IMG/VR virus record: IMGVR_UViG_3300017913_002459
Location: 1 to 26,885 of that record
Reading direction: 5' to 3' (one strand)
Length of the DNA: 26,885 bases
From: a virus
Taxonomy: Duplodnaviria > Caudoviricetes
The translations under genes were made by a program, and so were the position numbers. Shown piece after piece: positions 24,949 to 26,885 of the stretch. Below the pieces are notes generated by a model that did no database searches, was not told where the DNA came from, and worked only from the letters and a program-made list of their open reading frames with translations. Numbering within the stretch: position 1 is the first letter of the stretch; each line of letters begins with the position of its first letter.

Positions 24949-26885
24949 ATGGCACAGACAGTTAGACAGGCAAAACTTTTCGCAGCGGAAGATTATACTA
25001 CTGTATATGAATCTTATATCCAAGCGGACTTAAAATCGTACGACTACGATACCATACGAACAAGTATGGTGGAATACATTAGAACAAATTATCCAGAAAA
25101 TTACAATGACTGGGTTGAGAGTAGTGAATTTGTAGCACTGCTGGACCTTATTGCACAATTTGGACACAACCTAGCGTTTCGTGTAGATTTAAATAGCCGC
25201 AACAACTTCCTGTCTACTGCACAAAAGAAAGAAAGTGTTCTTAAACTAGCCGAGTTTTTGGGATACCAGCCAAAGCGTAATTTGCCTGCATTTGGTATGA
25301 TGAAAATCACAAGCGTTAAAACCAACGAAGCTGTTATTGGTAGTGATGGTACCAGCCTTGGCGGTAAAGAAATTAGATTTGAAAACACAAGTGCTATTGA
25401 TAATTTAGAAAACTTTATTGCTGTTATTAATAGTGTTTTTAATAAAAGTAATCCTTACGGCAGTCCATCAAAACAGTCAATTATTGACGGTGTAGTAACA
25501 GACTTCTATGCATTAAACAACACTGGCGACCAGGTATACTATGGATTTAACGGCAACGTTCAGGGAACGCAGGCAAGATTTAATGCTGTTGGTGTTACAC
25601 TGGACGACAAGCATGTTGTTGAAACTGCTCCTAATCCCAATGGATCTTTTAACATTGTTTATAAAAATGACAACCTTGGTATTACCAGCAACAACACAGG
25701 ATTTTTTGTAGGCGTTAAACAAGGCAGTCTACAATTTAAAGACTTCCAGATTGATGATCCCATCAACAGTCAGAGTTTGGACATTACAGCAAGCAATGTC
25801 AACGAAACCGATGTGTGGGTACAAACTATTGACAGCAATGGCGAAGTTATCAAACAGTGGACTAAAGTAGATAGAAATGTTATCTATAACACAGTACCAA
25901 ACGGCGTGCGTGATATTTTTTCAGTAAAAACACGCAGCGGCAACCAGATCAGTGTACGTTTTGCAGACCAAGCATTTGGTAATGTTCCAAGCGGCATTAT
26001 TCGTGTATGGTACCGTACAAGTGCAGATGAAACATATGTTTTACGTCCAGATGATTTGTCAAACAAAAAGATTAGCGTAACATACACAGGCACAGACGGC
26101 AACACATACAATGCAGTGTTTGAATTACAACTAAAAGAAAATATTGTTAATGCTAGCAGAAGCGAAACAATCTCAGAAATAAAAGAGTCAGCACCACGTG
26201 CTTTTGCATCTCAAAATCGTATGATTACAGCTGACGATTACAACAGTTTGTTGGCAACACAGAGTACTGCAATTAAAAAAATAAAAAGCATTAACCGTAC
26301 ACACAGCGGACATAGTCGTTATTTGGATATCAAAGATCCCACAGGTGCATACAGTAATCTACAATTGTATACAACTGATGGTGTGCTTACAAGAGAAAAT
26401 ATTACAAAAGAAAACACAAGTGCTACACGTACTCCAAGTAGTGTGTTTAACAATTTTATTCAACCAATACTACAAGATGACGAACTAATTAATTTGTATT
26501 ATGATTTGCACAGAACAAAGTTTAACAGAATTAAAAATAATTACAGTAAAACAATAACCTGGCAAGCTGCTGATGGTGTTGAAGGAACAAGTGGATACTT
26601 TACAAGCGGCACAGGTAATGATATTACTAGATGTGGTGCAAGTAGTTCAGAGTATTCCAAGTATATCAGAGATGGTGCTCTTGTAAAATTAACAAACGGC
26701 AACAACATTTACTGGACCAAAATTAGCGATGTTTATAACGCTGGTTTAGGTAACGATGATGCATCAGGCGCAGCAACAGGATTAAAAGGCAACGGCGATG
26801 GTGCTGTGGTGATTGATACAAACGTACCCAGCAACAGTGAAGTTGAAATAATTTATCCAGCATTTAACAGAAAGTTTACTGCACA
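24949..26885 (+). CDS. gp6: Baseplate wedge protein gp6-like (partial, runs off the window; absent from the ORF track)
   Basis: Own translation: MAQTVRQAKLFAAEDY...SYDYDTIR...DWVESSEFVALLD...NFLSTAQKKESVLKLAEFLGYQPKR; later APRAFASQNRMITADDY. Confidence 0.9.
   Translation, partial: MAQTVRQAKLFAAEDYTTVYESYIQADLKSYDYDTIRTSMVEYIRTNYPENYNDWVESSEFVALLDLIAQFGHNLAFRVDLNSRNNFLSTAQKKESVLKLAEFLGYQPKRNLPAFGMMKITSVKTNEAVIGSDGTSLGGKEIRFENTSAIDNLENFIAVINSVFNKSNPYGSPSKQSIIDGVVTDFYALNNTGDQVYYGFNGNVQGTQARFNAVGVTLDDKHVVETAPNPNGSFNIVYKNDNLGITSNNTGFFVGVKQGSLQFKDFQIDDPINSQSLDITASNVNETDVWVQTIDSNGEVIKQWTKVDRNVIYNTVPNGVRDIFSVKTRSGNQISVRFADQAFGNVPSGIIRVWYRTSADETYVLRPDDLSNKKISVTYTGTDGNTYNAVFELQLKENIVNASRSETISEIKESAPRAFASQNRMITADDYNSLLATQSTAIKKIKSINRTHSGHSRYLDIKDPTGAYSNLQLYTTDGVLTRENITKENTSATRTPSSVFNNFIQPILQDDELINLYYDLHRTKFNRIKNNYSKTITWQAADGVEGTSGYFTSGTGNDITRCGASSSEYSKYIRDGALVKLTNGNNIYWTKISDVYNAGLGNDDASGAATGLKGNGDGAVVIDTNVPSNSEVEIIYPAFNRKFTA

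Noticed and set aside
1-26885. Stop-codon reassignment as seen in some large phages
   Set aside because: Core genes are full length in the standard code, and TAA, TGA and TAG all occur as stops

Overview
The window is a dense stretch of a T4-like (probably large or jumbo) myovirus genome in the standard genetic code. The minus strand carries a head module (major capsid gp23, scaffold gp22, prohead protease gp21, a very acidic core protein, a small protein, portal gp20) and two paralogous tape-measure-like genes. A divergent gp26/gp51-like pair follows, joined by a candidate -1 frameshift site. Next is a minus-strand operon driven by a sigma70-type promoter (gp55 late sigma, gp47/gp46 Mre11-Rad50 nuclease, a small ORF, a short GIY-YIG nuclease). 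A plus-strand baseplate module ends the window (HxGH nucleotidyltransferase, tube initiator, gp53, hub with a muramidase-like domain, gp5/VgrG-like, degenerate lysozyme, HNH, gp25, partial gp6). TAAATA late-promoter boxes precede most late transcription units. The most striking unexplained element is a ~570-nt ORF-free, helix-rich region (12850-13414) directly downstream of the GIY-YIG gene. G-U pairs point to a minus-strand structured RNA followed by AT-rich hairpins, which suggests a nuclease-ncRNA system or an RNA-primed origin. A second structured RNA with its own sigma70 promoter starts at the left edge. All calls come from motif recognition and manual pairing; no database search or folding program was run.
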